A DNA stretch of 64,000 bases from Halocafeteria seosinensis (GCA_001687465.1 LVLI01000388.1:1-64000); one strand, 5' to 3'; positions 1 to 13,046 are shown, numbered from the stretch's first letter. Numbers and translations: made by a program. The notes: generated by a model from the letters alone, not told the origin.

Positions 1-291
1 AAATAGAAGTGTAGAGTGTTTTTGGCATGCTTCCGATGGTCGGGGTTTCGTACGCTGAACCTGAATCTGCAAATGAGTCTCCTTCCAAAGTTTCCGGATA
101 TCCATTGCTTTGAAACTTTGATGAAGTAGAATCACAGACAGTCTGCACAAAAGTTAGACGTTCACTGAAAACCAGTCCTACTGGAAATTCTGACATGTAG
201 TACTTACCACGTGAGCGTCTCGAAACCACGTCATTTGAAGCATTACAAAAGTCTCTGCACTTCGTATTTCCAAGGTACGCTGGATCACAGC

Positions 292-1416
292 CTAATCCTC
301 TTGGCCGAAGAGTCGACGGAACTCATCTGGTTCCGTCTCCTCTTCACCCCACCATTGAGACCTATTGTCCAAGGCATTTTTGGCGGCCGCCTTCTGCGCT
401 TCCTTTTTGGTCGGGCCCCGACCGACACCAATTTCATTGCCCTCGTAGAGAACAGTCGCATAGAACTCTGGCATGTGGTCAGGTCCTATCCCTCCAGTAC
501 GATACTCCGGTAGCTCCAGTCCACGCTGCTGAAAAAATTCCTGAAGAGCGTTTCTTGCTCTTTCCAGATTGACACAACCATCGTCAGACGCTGCTCGGCC
601 TTGATCGCCACCTTCCAAACATCGCAGCATCAGTTCCCGTACATGGGAATCCAAGAACCGCGACAATGCATCCCAGCCTTGATCAAGATAGATGGCCCCC
701 AACAGCGCTTCAAACATGTCTCCAAGGCGATTTACTCGATTGCCTCTCTCATCACTCAACCATATGCTACTTCCCACTAGCAGGTACTCGTTAAGTCCGA
801 GTTCCTCTGAGTATGTGGCGCAGGCTGCCTGCTCCACGATGCGGGCTTTTTGGGAGGTGAGATCTCCTTCACGAGCATTAGGGCTTTTGTCGCACACTAA
901 CACTGACGCGTACGCTCCGAGGAACGCATCTCCAAGAAATTCCAGCCTTTCATTGTGTACCAACCCCCCGTGTTCATTCGCAAATGAGGAATGGATGAAC
1001 GCCTGTTTCAGAAGTTCGGGATTCTCAAAATCAAATCCAATCAGCTCTTGAATGGGTGTTGGATCAAAATCGATACCGGCCTCATCCAACGTCGTCGGTC
1101 TCACGTCGTTGGTCTCAACATTCTGAAGACTCCGATGGAAATTCTCCGCGGCAAGTTGAGCTACTTGCTGCTCCTTTTCCTTCCGCTCTCGGTTCGTTAG
1201 ACGACCACGGCCAGCGAGAGTGAGTGTACCATACACTCTGCCCCGCACTTTGGCTACCAGGCAGTACTGGCCATCGCTTCCTTTTTCAACCTCGTAGCCA
1301 GGTTGAACCGGAAGACATTTCTGCACCAGGCGTTGAAAAATGTCTTTCCAGTTCCGGGAACCGTCGAACTCGGTGTTCTCCTCGGTAGCGTACAAGGTAA
1401 TGCCTCTTGTTGCCAT
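292..1416 (-). CDS. rnc: Bacterial-type ribonuclease III (dsRBD-like N-terminus, RNase III domain, C-terminal dsRBD), intronless
   Basis: Signature HNERLEFLGDAFL, second motif GDMFEALLGAIYLD, C-terminal dsRBD GPDH...GVGRGPTKKEAQKAAAKNAL; uninterrupted 374-aa ORF. Confidence 0.93.
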   Translation of the reverse strand: MATRGITLYATEENTEFDGSRNWKDIFQRLVQKCLPVQPGYEVEKGSDGQYCLVAKVRGRVYGTLTLAGRGRLTNRERKEKEQQVAQLAAENFHRSLQNVETNDVRPTTLDEAGIDFDPTPIQELIGFDFENPELLKQAFIHSSFANEHGGLVHNERLEFLGDAFLGAYASVLVCDKSPNAREGDLTSQKARIVEQAACATYSEELGLNEYLLVGSSIWLSDERGNRVNRLGDMFEALLGAIYLDQGWDALSRFLDSHVRELMLRCLEGGDQGRAASDDGCVNLERARNALQEFFQQRGLELPEYRTGGIGPDHMPEFYATVLYEGNEIGVGRGPTKKEAQKAAAKNALDNRSQWWGEEETEPDEFRRLFGQED

Positions 1417-2560
1417 CTTGATATCAAGTGAATTGTTGGTGGTGCTTTTCGAGAGAAAATCTAGCGTGTTTGCGCGAAAATCCTGCGGAACGGATCTTTG
1501 GATTCACCCGACAGTGGTGTTGCAGACGATACGCGGTTGTGCCGCTCATATTCGATCACGTACCTTGTTTACTTTAGTTTTTGCTTTGCAGCGGTGTACA
1601 CGTACAGTGGACTGTGTGAGACAATTCTCAAACAATCCCAGCCGAAATCATAATAATATCTTACTACAACCGGAGTATCCATTAACCGGTTGAAGCGGAA
1701 GAAATGTCGTGGCCCGCTCGTGGAGCTGGCAGGCTGGTGGCAGCCGCTGGCTTTTTCGCGCCACTTTTGGCTCCAACGAGGGCAGGCTGCATGAACTACA
1801 CGAAAAGCAATGCACCTCAGTAAGCCATTGAACTATGCTAACTGAAACCATCGTTGGCTCAGGAGCACCGGTGCGCATGAGAGGGGGTGAAGGGATCCGG
1901 TGCGGACGGGGGGACGGCCGCAGGTGAACAGTGAATGGACTGCCTATTGTATACTGCTCGAGCTGTCCAAAGCATCTTCTTTTCGTTCATATAGGGGTGA
2001 CTACATGCATATTAAGCTGTCCTTTAGAACAGGGTTGGCTCAGTAACCGACGAGTGTTGTTCAACTTTGGTTTGGCGTTGGCGGCTTGTTTACACAGGAT
2101 AGGAGCCATGGTATACTGTTGTACAACCAGATTGATAGTGTAAAATTGGTGTACAGTAAACTGAGTAAAAAGAAACCTCAACACCGGTGACTTCGCGAGC
2201 ACGCTGAAGACTACGCACACCGAATGTAGCACATAAGGATACGCGTGAAATGGCCGAAATATCGACTTCCTTCAAAAGCTAGCGTTCCTCGTGTACACAT
2301 TCCACGCAAACATCCCTCAGGTATTTACACCACACACATGTCTCACAATCTGCTACTACTACGTGGTGAGGGACCTCTACGTTCTGGACAGTTGGGCCAA
2401 GAAAACAACATTCATTTGGTAACATGTGAGCATGTCCTTCTTGATTCCGAGAAGTCCGTGCGTCTCGCAGGATCTGGGTCTTGTCTTCAGCTCAATGAGT
2501 GAAGCAGCGCAATGGATGAAGGCATTCTCGTAGACTGGGGGAAGGAGGTCAGTGTCTTAC

Positions 2561-4033
2561 TCAACTTAGCCCACTTCGTTTCGGCTCCCACCCTTGTAGC
2601 AGCTCCTGACATTCTCGCGATACATCTAGTCCTTCCTTGGCAGCATCGAGAGGGATCTCGTTATACGTCGATTTCAGAGTTGGGTCCGCTTCCGCATCTA
2701 ACAGCGCTTGTACAATGTGTGAGTGTCCGCCGAAGGATGCGCTATGAAGTGGAGTGAGCTGTTTCTGGTCCCTGACGTTTACTGAAGCACCATGGTCGAT
2801 CAATTGGATGACACCTTCGTAATAGCCTCTGTCGGCGGCTACATGCAATAGCGTCATACGCCCTTGCTTGGTCACAGCTTTATCCAGCTGTTTCTGCAAA
2901 ACCTCCTCTGTCGAAAGCAGTTTTGATAAAGAATCGGTTTTACCACGATGTATTGCATCAAACGCATCAACAAAGGGTTGCTCGATACCAGGCAGGGTAT
3001 TTAATCTTTTCCCGACTTGCTTCTTTGCTCTTAAAAAGGCAAGATCTTCATCCGAATCCTCCTCCCTCTGGCGCTTCACGGAGCCGCAGAAGGTATCTTT
3101 CCCACCATACTCGCTTGGCACAGCGGTAAACGTCCAGCATTTATTTTCCTGCGCGTGTATTTGGCGGCCAAACTCTCTACCTAGTTTTCGCACTGCCAAT
3201 TGGACATCCGGGTAGTCCCAGTCGTCACCCACCAGATGCGCGTAAGGAAACAAGGTTATCGCGTTACGTATGTCCTTCCAAGCTGGTTCGTAGTGATGAT
3301 CCGCGTCTATGTAAATGACCTCTGGTTCCACATTGTGTTTTCGCAGCATTCTCTGTAAAAATGGCATCGCCTCAGTTGTCGACATCTGCACAGGAACTAC
3401 CCGATCGCTGTAATCCCACATGTTGAGCTCAAACGTTTCCAGCAGCGGCAGCTTCTTCAGAATGTTCAGCTGTATAGCGTCATGACTGTAGTGATCAGAT
3501 TGCTGCTGTAGAATGAAACTGTTGTCGTATAGATCGACGGCGAAAATGATAGCATTGGGTGCATGCTGAGCGATGAACTCTGTGCTGGCTCCCAACCAAG
3601 ACCCCAATTCGAGAACGACAGTCGTTTCCTCAGAGAGAAGGTATTTCAGCACAGTCTTATGAGCATCATAGAACCAACCATGTTTGAACACTTTAGTCTT
3701 GTCATCCGGCTTTTTCTGGGGCATACCGCACGCAGGGTGCTCGCAGATCTCTTGTTTCGCAGCAATAGGATCGCTTCGTGGACTCTCCTTCGTCGTTGCG
3801 GCTGTGCGAGTGTCGAAATACACTTTCTCTCGGTTTTCGTTGATTCTAAAGACCCATCCCCTGGGGAGACGTTGGTCAATCCAGTACGAGTATCCAGTCT
3901 TCAGGTCATTGATATATTCACGGCCACCGCAGCTCTTGCTCTTAAATAGTCGATAGTGTGAAGGAAGATAATTCTTCCACCATTGCTCCTGTCGCACGGA
4001 TAGTTGATCGGAGCGTACAGATGCCGAAGCCAT
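2561..4033 (-). CDS. WW-like region + class I SAM methyltransferase (Methyltransf_24-like) + ankyrin repeats
   Basis: LPRGW...KVYFD (WW-like); VLELGSWLGAS, YIDADHHY, VGDDW (methyltransferase); TLLHVAA, TPLHSAS (ankyrin). First ATG at 4033. Confidence 0.8.
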   Translation of the reverse strand: MASASVRSDQLSVRQEQWWKNYLPSHYRLFKSKSCGGREYINDLKTGYSYWIDQRLPRGWVFRINENREKVYFDTRTAATTKESPRSDPIAAKQEICEHPACGMPQKKPDDKTKVFKHGWFYDAHKTVLKYLLSEETTVVLELGSWLGASTEFIAQHAPNAIIFAVDLYDNSFILQQQSDHYSHDAIQLNILKKLPLLETFELNMWDYSDRVVPVQMSTTEAMPFLQRMLRKHNVEPEVIYIDADHHYEPAWKDIRNAITLFPYAHLVGDDWDYPDVQLAVRKLGREFGRQIHAQENKCWTFTAVPSEYGGKDTFCGSVKRQREEDSDEDLAFLRAKKQVGKRLNTLPGIEQPFVDAFDAIHRGKTDSLSKLLSTEEVLQKQLDKAVTKQGRMTLLHVAADRGYYEGVIQLIDHGASVNVRDQKQLTPLHSASFGGHSHIVQALLDAEADPTLKSTYNEIPLDAAKEGLDVSRECQELLQGWEPKRSGLS

Positions 4034-4632
4034 TCCCCGGATGATCCCATTCCGAACTACTCTTTCATTCACGATACAGACATTCAACAAGTATAGGCAT
4101 GCCACATGCTATAAAGGTCGTCAAAAAGTTGAATCCTAAAAAAACAACTTCAACGAGACAAACATATCGTCTACTTTCTTGAACATTCTACTTGATGATC
4201 AACAGCATTGAAAACGCGATTTGTAGACAAGTCTATTTGTCTCGAAGAAAGGATTATCTGGATTGGCTTGCTGTTTGTTGCTTGCTTGTCAAAGGCGGTC
4301 TAGGTTGATCAAGACGCTTCCATTCTATGGCCATGTTGCAAAGGAATGTACGTAGTTTCGATATACACAGCGTTCCAGTGGCGGCACCATGGATGGTTGC
4401 GTTAAAATTGTTTTTGGACCCATACATGTTTTTCTCCACCATTGAGATCGAGTACAAGAACCATATGTCGGTACTTTCGTATTACCAAGGATGCACGAGA
4501 CCAACAAAAAGGGCCAAGTACATGTTGAAGGGGGAGAATAGGGGACAGCAAAAGCATGTGGGTCAGGGGCCTGTAGGGGAGGAACCACGTCTGTCATTAT
4601 TACGGATAGAATTCACTCTTATATGTGCGTGT

Positions 4633-6671
4633 ATGCAGCTTTTGCGTTTCCGCGTGGGTAGTGGACGCCAATTCCACTCATCTGCTTTGTGTCAGCAAGT
4701 TGTTGGAGGAAGCAAAGATGCCAACGTAGATCAGGATACTTCGTCCAAGAGCTATCCCATCAGTAAGTTGCACTGACGTAAGAGCGTCCCTAAGTGACGT
4801 ATGAGTGACTTCATGCCGAATTGTCTGCTGCAGTCGATCATCAATATGAAGCTGTCGTCGTAGGAGCAGGAGGCGCAGGTCTCCGAGCTGCTATGGGATT
4901 GGCTGAGAGTGGATTCCGTACAGCGTGTATCTCCAAACTGTTCCCAACGCGGTCTCATACAGTGGCTGCGCAAGGTGGAATCAATGCCGCAATGGGAAAT
5001 CGTACCGAGGACGATTGGAGGTGGCATATGTACGACACTGTGAAAGGCTCAGACTGGCTTGGCGACCAAGACGCCATCCACTACATGTGCCGTGAAGCAC
5101 CAGCGTAAGTGTTGCTAGAACTGCATGTCGGAACTGTAGCAGTTGTGGAAAACTTCCGTCGTAACTGCAGTGCTGTACGAGAACTTGAGGGATATGGACT
5201 TCCTTTCTCACGAGATGAAGAAGGAAAAATTTATCAGCGTGCCTTCGGCGGTCAGTCCTTGAACTTTGGTAAAGGCGGGCAAGCATATCGGTGCGCTGCC
5301 GCAGCAGACAGAACCGGTCACGCCATGCTACATACATTGTATGGCCGATCACTAGCTTTTGATACCACATACTTTATAGAATATTTCGCCCTGGATCTAA
5401 TCATGAACGAGAATGATGAATGCGTTGGTGTTATGGCGTTATGCATGGAAGACGGAAGTATCCACAGATTCAACACAAATCATACTGTACTTGCAACTGG
5501 TGGGTATGGTCGAGCGTACTTCTCCGCCACGTCTGCACATACCTGCACTGGAGACGGAGGAGGAATGGCACTCCGCGCTGGTATCCCTCTGGAAGACCCG
5601 GAGTTTGTTCAATTCCATCCTACAGGTATCTACGGAGCAGGTTGCTTGATGACTGAAGGTTGCCGCGGTGAGGGTGGCATTCTGCGTAACTCGGAAGGGG
5701 AGCGCTTCATGGAACGCTACGCGCCTACTGCCAAGGACTTGGCTTCCCGGGACGTGGTCAGCCGGGCTATGACGATGGAATTGCGTGAAGGGCGAGGTTG
5801 TGGTCCGAATGGGGAATACATCCACCTGCACTTGGATCACCTTCCGCCAGAGGTGCTCGCAGAACGGTTACCCGGTATAAGTGAAACTGCCAAGATTTTT
5901 GCAGGCGTAGACGTTACCAAGGAGCCTGCCCCTGTTTTGCCTACGGTTCATTACAACATGGGAGGCGTACCTACGAATCATCTCGGTGAAGCGGTGAAGC
6001 CAACCAAGGACGATCCAAATAGGATCATTCCAGGATTATTTGCGGCAGGTGAGGCTGCCTGTGCTTCAGTGCATGGCGCCAACCGATTGGGAGCCAATTC
6101 TCTGCTTGATATTGTGGTATTCGGACGAGCTGTCGCCAATCAAATTAACAAACTGAATAAGCCTGGGGATGCAATCAAACCGCTTCCGAAGAATGCGGGT
6201 GAAGAGAGCATTGGTAACCTCGACCACTTAAGACATGCGAATGGCTCGAGGCCCACAGCGAACCTTCGACTGGAGATGCAGCGGACAATGCAGCATAATG
6301 CTGCCGTGTACCGTACGAAGGAAACACTAGAAGAGGGTGTGAAGAAGATAGATGATGTCGTGAAGAATTTTGATGACATATCGACCAAGGATCGAAGTCT
6401 GATCTGGAATAGCGACCTGATAGAGACGTTTGAGTTACAAAACTTGCTCTCGCAAGCTGCCGTAACGATGCATGCAGCCGAGAAAAGGAAGGAGAGCCGG
6501 GGTGCACACGCTCGTGAAGACTTCACCGAGCGTGAAGATGAAAATTGGATGGTCCACACAATTGCCTATCACAAAGATAAGAAGACCAGTATTGAGTACA
6601 GGCCCGTACATCACTATACTTTGGATAGTGAAGAGATCGAACCCTTCCCACCTCAGAAACGTGTATACTAA
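4633..6671 (+). CDS. SDHA: Mitochondrial succinate dehydrogenase flavoprotein subunit
   Basis: [15 protein letters not shown] (FAD-His), [23 protein letters not shown]; introns 4763-4833 and 5105-5170 join in frame; start approximate. Confidence 0.97.
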
Positions 6672-6766
6672 GTTTAGTTTTTTCCTCAAGAATTTTGTGC
6701 TCATTGCTCTTACGTTGGCATAAAAATAAATCTGCTCCTACCTTGTTGACACTTATCTACCCCAGC

Positions 6767-9700
6767 TTAAATCCCAGTGCTGGATGCCATAGAGTTCCTT
6801 GATGAATTGCTCTTATCCAGGAGCGGTGCTCGTCCTGATTTGGCGGCTTTCTGGTAACTATTAAGTTTAGCCTTTAACTTCGCCACTTCTTGCGATAGCT
6901 CAAAATTCTCGGTCTTCAACCGCTCGACATACCTGTATACGAGAGGAAATGTAACAGTCGGCAAAAAACCCGTAGTACAACCCGGCAGTTTGATACTTAC
7001 TTTATCTTCTGCTTGGAGTTCTGGTGTCCGGCTAATTTGGCATTCTCTTCTGTCAGTTTTCGCGCCTCTTCTAAAGCAGCTTGTTGACTGGCCTGTAATA
7101 GTGCGGATTCTGTTTCAGCATGCAGCGCACGATTCAAGGATCCTTCGTCACGTGCCCGCTCGAGCAATTTCGCCAATTCGTCACACCGACGAGACTTTTC
7201 CTCCGCAATTTCTTTGTATTTGGATGACTCCTTTCTGGACTTTTCTAACTGGTCACTTAACTCAGAAACTTTGCTTTGGTTCTTCGAAGCCTCAATGCGT
7301 GCTTTCTTGCACTCCTCTCGGCCCGAGTTTGCCATCTCTTTAAACTTATCCACTTGCTTTGACAAGTACTTGGAGTCCTCTATTGCCTTGTTGGCCTTCT
7401 CCCTATTGGCTTCTGCCTCGTACGCGCGGTTCTCCATGTTCTCCAGTTCTTTCTCTAGCTCCTGCACCTTTTGGTTCTTTTCAGATCGTTCTCCAGAGAG
7501 CTCCGCCTGTGCAGCTTCGTAGGAAGTTTTCAACTCATTGAATTCTTTATCCTTCTCTTCTTTCTTGCTTCGTTCCACGACCAACTGCTTCTCCAACTCA
7601 TCCTTAAATGCACACAGACTCTCATATTCGCTGTTGACTCTCTCTAGCTCCGTTGACGTTTCCGCGTTGGAGGAAGAAAGCTTTGTCAATTCCGAATCCT
7701 TGTCTTCTATACGTTTTTGCAGCTCACTGATTTCGGATCTCAAGGCTGCTTCTGACTGCGACTTGGTGGTCTCAGCATTCCGCAGCTCTTGCTGAAGGTT
7801 GTCGTAACCACTCTTCAAAGAGTCATATTGAGACTTCATTTGTTCGTAATGTTCAGCGTATTCATCCAGCTGCGTTTGTAATTGACACTCCCTCATGCGG
7901 GATCTCGCCTGATCATTTGTAATACTGTCCTTTAAATTCATCATCTGATCTTCAAGTCTCAAAATATTATCTTGCTTTTCTTGTAGCTTCTGCCTTAACT
8001 GCTGAACCATCTGTTGCTGAGCCTTTTCTACGGATTGCTTCTCCCGAGCAAACTGCTCTCTTAGAGCAGCCTTCTCCGATTCCCACTCCTGAAGAGATCG
8101 AGTATGTTCTTGTTGCATGCTCCGAAGTTCGTGCTCCTTGGCTTCTGATAACTGCTTTATTGAACTCGCATGTTCTTCTTGTAGGTCCGCGACTTTACGG
8201 TCATGTTCATCTCTTAAGTGTTGTTCCATCTGAGAGAAGTTATCGTCCTTCTCCTTGAGCAAATGGCCATACTTTTGCAATTGCTCGGTATGGTGTGTCC
8301 TCTCCTGGGAGAGATCATCTCTTAAATCCTTCAGCTCCTGTTCAAACTTTTCCTGCAGTGTTACCAGCTCTCTTTGGAACTGTTCTTCTTTCTCCTTTAT
8401 CTTACTCTCGTACGATTCGACAAGGTCTTGTTTTGACGATTCGAGCTTATTGACATGTTGCGTATGCTTCTCTTCTAAATCCCCGAGTTCTCGCTGTTTC
8501 TGATCTTCTATAGCTGATTTTTGTTCTTCAAGAGAGTGCATTTCTCTTTGATGGGTCCTCTTCAACTCATCTATGATTCTCTTATGAGAGGACTCTTGAG
8601 CTTCCAATTCTTGTTGGTGATGTTGTTCAAGTGTGTGCTTTTCGTTTTCCACTTGTTGCCGCAAATCTTGGACTGCTGCTTCATGTTGCCTTTCTCTCCT
8701 CGCCATTTTCGCTTCATAAGCGTTTGCAATTTGTTCAGTCATCTCTTGGCAGTAGCGGATTGCACATTGGAATTTTTCTGAAGAGTCTTCCTTCAGAGAC
8801 GAGAGCTCCTCCCTTAGACAGGCGCAGGCAGACGCAAATTCCTGAGTCTTATTGTTACAACATCCACGCAACGCTCTCAAGCGGTTCTGCAGGTTGTCAA
8901 TGCTGGAGCTCAAGCTTTTCTGTGTAGCCTCCAATTCGCCCTGCTTTACCCGGATAGTTTCCTCAAGCTCGGCTTTGTGAGACTCTCGGAGATTCACAAT
9001 CTGATTTTCGTAACGCTCTTTTGTCTGCTCTAACTCATTGTTGAGAGCCTTCCGGTCCGTTTCAAACTTCGCTGTGAACTCATGTAGTTCCTGAGCGTGC
9101 TCTTGTTTCAAACTTGACAAGCAATGCTCCCAGTCACGGTTAAGTTGGTACCTTTGCTCTTCATTCTTCTTGCAGAGTGAGTCAACCACATTTTTGTTTT
9201 CACACTCGACATTCCACAAGGAAGAGTGTAGGTCTTCTTGTAGCATGCTTAGCCGCTCTAGACTATTGGAGCGAAGCTCCTGAATCCTCTGAGCACACGC
9301 TTTCTCCTTTGCATCAATCTCAGCTTGTTTTTCGCTCTCTAGGTCGTCCTTCTTCTCAGAAAACCTTTCGTCAGCTTTTTGTTCTATTATTGTATCTAGC
9401 TCTTGCTCCTTCTCTTCTACCTGGCTTTCTTTGGAATAATATTTTTGGACCTCTTGCTCGAGTGTCTGTGGGGCAGGTAAACACCACGAAATAGTTAGCC
9501 GACGTAATAGAATGTATTAAAACATTATGTAAAAGCGATTTTTACCTGTACTTTCTTCCGCAAGTTCTTTTCATGCTCGGAGAATTTTCGCTTCATGTCC
9601 TCCATGTCCGTGTACGCCTTGCGAACACGAGCTCGTAGCCGTTGCTCGTTGGTTGCATTGACACCTAAACCTTCTTCTGACGATACACCACTGGCACTGC

Positions 9701-9950
9701 TATTTCTCATTCTCTTGCGGTTTCTGGTTACCGGCCCTTCCTTGCTATCGCGTTGCGTCTGCGATCCTTCACCACCTTCGTGAAGATGGTCCAGGAGACT
9801 CAAGTCCATTGATTCCATGGAGTCCCGCCTGTCACTTTCTCTCCATCGATCACCGTATCCGAACGACGGGGCAACGATTTCCCAGTTTTCTTTGATGTCA
9901 TATGATCCTGGACCTGGCAATTCATCTTCTGTACCATGCAAAACACACAT
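6767..9950 (-). CDS. HMMR/RHAMM-like long coiled-coil spindle protein
   Basis: N-terminal PGPGSYD motif; long coiled coil; splicing intron 6933-7000 gives KLAGHQNSKQKIKYVERLKTEN (HMMR/KIF15 C-terminal motif); intron 9466-9545; 5' end uncertain (possible mini-exon ATG at 10109). Confidence 0.72.
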
Positions 9951-10844
9951 GCCTTTAGTAAACGGCTGCTACGCAACAATTCCAATTTCAACAGTGGGGA
10001 ATGTGTGTCAATAAACACATCCAATCAAAGCCGAACTCCACCCCCCACGAGTAATGTATAGCACGATTACAGTGAGGAAATGCATGAAGGAACTTACTGC
10101 GTTTGTCATCCCACCGTGGAGGCTGCCTTCCCCAATCCATCTTTGCGCGCGGAAGTGTGAAACTAAGCTCTGTCGCACACTTAACTTCTTCCCGTACACG
10201 TGTGCTTGCACGTAGTACACTAGCAAATCAGTGTACCACAGGATAGTACTGTGCTCTATAAACCTGACAATGCGATAAATTCCTTGGAATTGGCTCCAGT
10301 TAAAGGGTCTTCGTGCCGCGACCGCAAGTCGGACGCGCCAAAATGACTCAACTTGAAGTTGTCGAATCGACGAAGCCACACAGGAAGTTGTTAGGCACTC
10401 TTTGTGACACACCAAGAGGCAGAAGAACTCATAGTACTCCTGGAGTCTCCCCATCAGTAGTTCGAACGCAACCGAACCTGGTGGCAGCGAGCGATCATCT
10501 TGGAACATTGTCTGTGCGTGGCCCGCCTGGACCATCTGAACCAAAATTCATTCAACCCAATGCTTACGCCACATATACACGCTCAAAACCAACAACCATC
10601 CTCTATGCCTCTGTATTCTCCCTTGTCTACCTTCAGTGGTCCGTAGTACAATTCCCCTCCCCCCTCTTTCCGCATCCCAGGGAATAGTGCCTTTAGCCAA
10701 GATATTCGAGTTGTTTTCGCCGTGATTGTTTGACTTTAGCCTCTCCTCAGGTGCACACCTTTACAGAGAGTAAATTTAACGATTTGCAATCTACGCCTTA
10801 TTTGACGGCGATAGTTTATTGAGAACCTCACCTGATAGAGCACC

Positions 10845-11469
10845 ATGTCCTCCTGGAACGGATCGATGCTGGAAAAGACATGCATGGTGCATGCCTCTGT
10901 AGCTATTATGGCGGGCCTAGGTAATGGTGGTTACGGAAGTGTAAGTGCTGTTGTAGTCGCTGCCCCCCTATCGGGAGTACGAGGGATTCGTTAAACGCGT
11001 TTTTGGCTCCAATAACGTCGTTTTTTCTGCAGCCCTTCAACGTTGGCATTGCTATCTTCGGTATACTAGTAGCATACCTCTCCAAGCCCCAACTGGCAGT
11101 GAGGTACGTGTGATAGCATAACTTACTCCCTATCCAAAGGTAATCCGTTGGCATTTTGCGGGAAGTTGCAGATTTTTGATCCTTCTGTCTTTTGCACTGC
11201 TGGCGGATATTGCTTGGCTGGGTCTATGGACACATGATATAGAATCCCAGAAAACGTACGACCAGAGCAGCGTTGAGAAGCAGAAACATACTGGTCAATT
11301 TGCTATTGGTATGGCCATTGTCTGCCTGATGTTGAAGCCGGTTATGGGATTCTTTGGATACCGAGTTTACGCTGAAGGTGGTGGAGTAGGTCAGGATTAT
11401 GTTGACATGCAACCCGATGGGGAACACCCCGCTGCTCAAGGAGCGGCACCTTATGTGGGTATGTTCTGA
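10845..11469 (+). CDS. AGTRAP-like small multi-pass membrane protein
   Basis: ATG 10845, introns 10941-11032 and 11104-11171 give one frame; hydrophobic helices; QFAIGMAIVCLMLKP...YRVYAEGG resembles AGTRAP. Confidence 0.7.
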
Positions 11470-11628
11470 TTCTTGGTTATATAAACAATTACGTGGTGTA
11501 ATGTGTACTCTCTTTCTGCGTTATTTGTGTGTGCAGGGTCGGCCGGATACTAGAGAGCTTACAACTGTATCAATATCTCCTGTCAGGATAACAGCCTTGT
11601 CAATAGCACACTCTCTAAAAACTGCTCC

Positions 11629-12762
11629 TTATACCCCTTTAAGAGTTTCATCCAAATCGGCAATTCTTTGCTCGATTAAATCGAGCTCACTCAAGGAATC
11701 TGTTACGCTAGATTCAAATCCGCTCCCAACATCGGCGGGCTTACTTTCTCTTTGTTCAGTATCATTAGTCGTTTTCTGTGTTGATTTCGTACCCCTGACT
11801 TCTTCACTATCCTTCTCATCACGAGGTGTTCCCGACGGAGCTGTACTGCTCACACTCGCCTCCGTGACAGGCGTCTTCCCATCCGTACCGATGGCCATGG
11901 ATGACACAGTTTCGGCAACCTCTTGAGACTTCCTTTCACCTGTAGCGTTAAATAGTACGGTATATCCCTTGCTGTTTGGTGGTTCATACTCGCTGTGATG
12001 TTCTCTTTTCTCCTGTTGCACATCTGACTTTTGGGGGGAATTTCTCTGATTTCCACTGGTTGAATATTGTTTCGCACGCGCGCGTCTATTGTTGCCACGT
12101 TGGGAATCTGAAGAATGAATTGAATCAGGGGAATCCTTCCACTGCTGTTTATATCCCACATAATTTGATATAAATTCCTGTACCCGATCTGAAAACAAAA
12201 GATCACTGTTCACTCCATGGTGAAACAGGGTCGCAGTGCAGAGAGGCGTACCTATGCTATCGTTCGCGTGGTGAGTTCTGTTTTCGTCGGCCCCTTCTTC
12301 AAAGGGAGAATAGCTTGTTGGCGACAATTCACCAACATTAACGTAATGTAAGACATCCTCCAGCTGCAAGAGCCATTGCTTGGGTGGCTGGAACCAGGGA
12401 ATACCACGACACACTTACGACATGTGTAAGTTCATCGTTTTGTTCTCGAAGCAATCGCAGCTGATTGGACCTTTCCTCCACGGTTTCATTCACTTGCTGC
12501 ACTTTCAAGGATACATTCTAATTCATGGCATTATCCACCATGTGTGGACTAGCCACCTTCATACCTGCTGTGCATCTTCCACGCTTCGTACAGATTTCAG
12601 GATAGCATTCAACCTCTTCTTCTCGCCGTTAATATGAGTGCGCAGGTTGTTGATGGTCGTGGTTTGCTCTCCCTCGGACACAAAATGCTGTTCTTGTGGA
12701 GACTGAGAGCGGTGCTGGGTGGACTGGGCCACCGCAGACGGCGACGACGACGTCGATTGCAT
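11629..12762 (-). CDS. Hypothetical protein, coiled coil plus low-complexity tail, spliced
   Basis: Adjacent minus ORFs 12559-12762 and 11629-12414 with GT donors near 12567 and 12418; no family recognised. Confidence 0.55.
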
Positions 12763-13046
12763 ATTGAGCGTACCTTCTATCTATCCGCAAATTTCTAGTT
12801 GATATCCGTCAGAATACAAACACCACTTGAACGACTCATTTACCAGTGGTACAACTCTTTAGACTACCTCCTGCCTCCTGGTCACGATCCCGCGAGACCG
12901 GATGCTCGGATCCTGCGACCAGTGTCTGGGCTACATTATGGTGTAATTCGACGAATTGGTAGTGTATGGGCACGTCCACATGTTTGGAAAGGAGCATTTA
13001 AATCCCCTCTTTACTAGTCTTGTTGGGATGGTAGTCGGTACGAAAA

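Noticed and set aside
1810..1840. Minus-strand AGTTCAATGGCT resembles a conserved stretch of nuclear RNase P RNA
   Set aside because: No CR-I or CR-V (P4 pseudoknot) sequences at suitable distances
10008..10687. Overlapping ORFs of 178 aa (-) and 124 aa (+)
   Set aside because: No recognisable motif and no consistent splice model; may be HMMR 5' exons or non-coding
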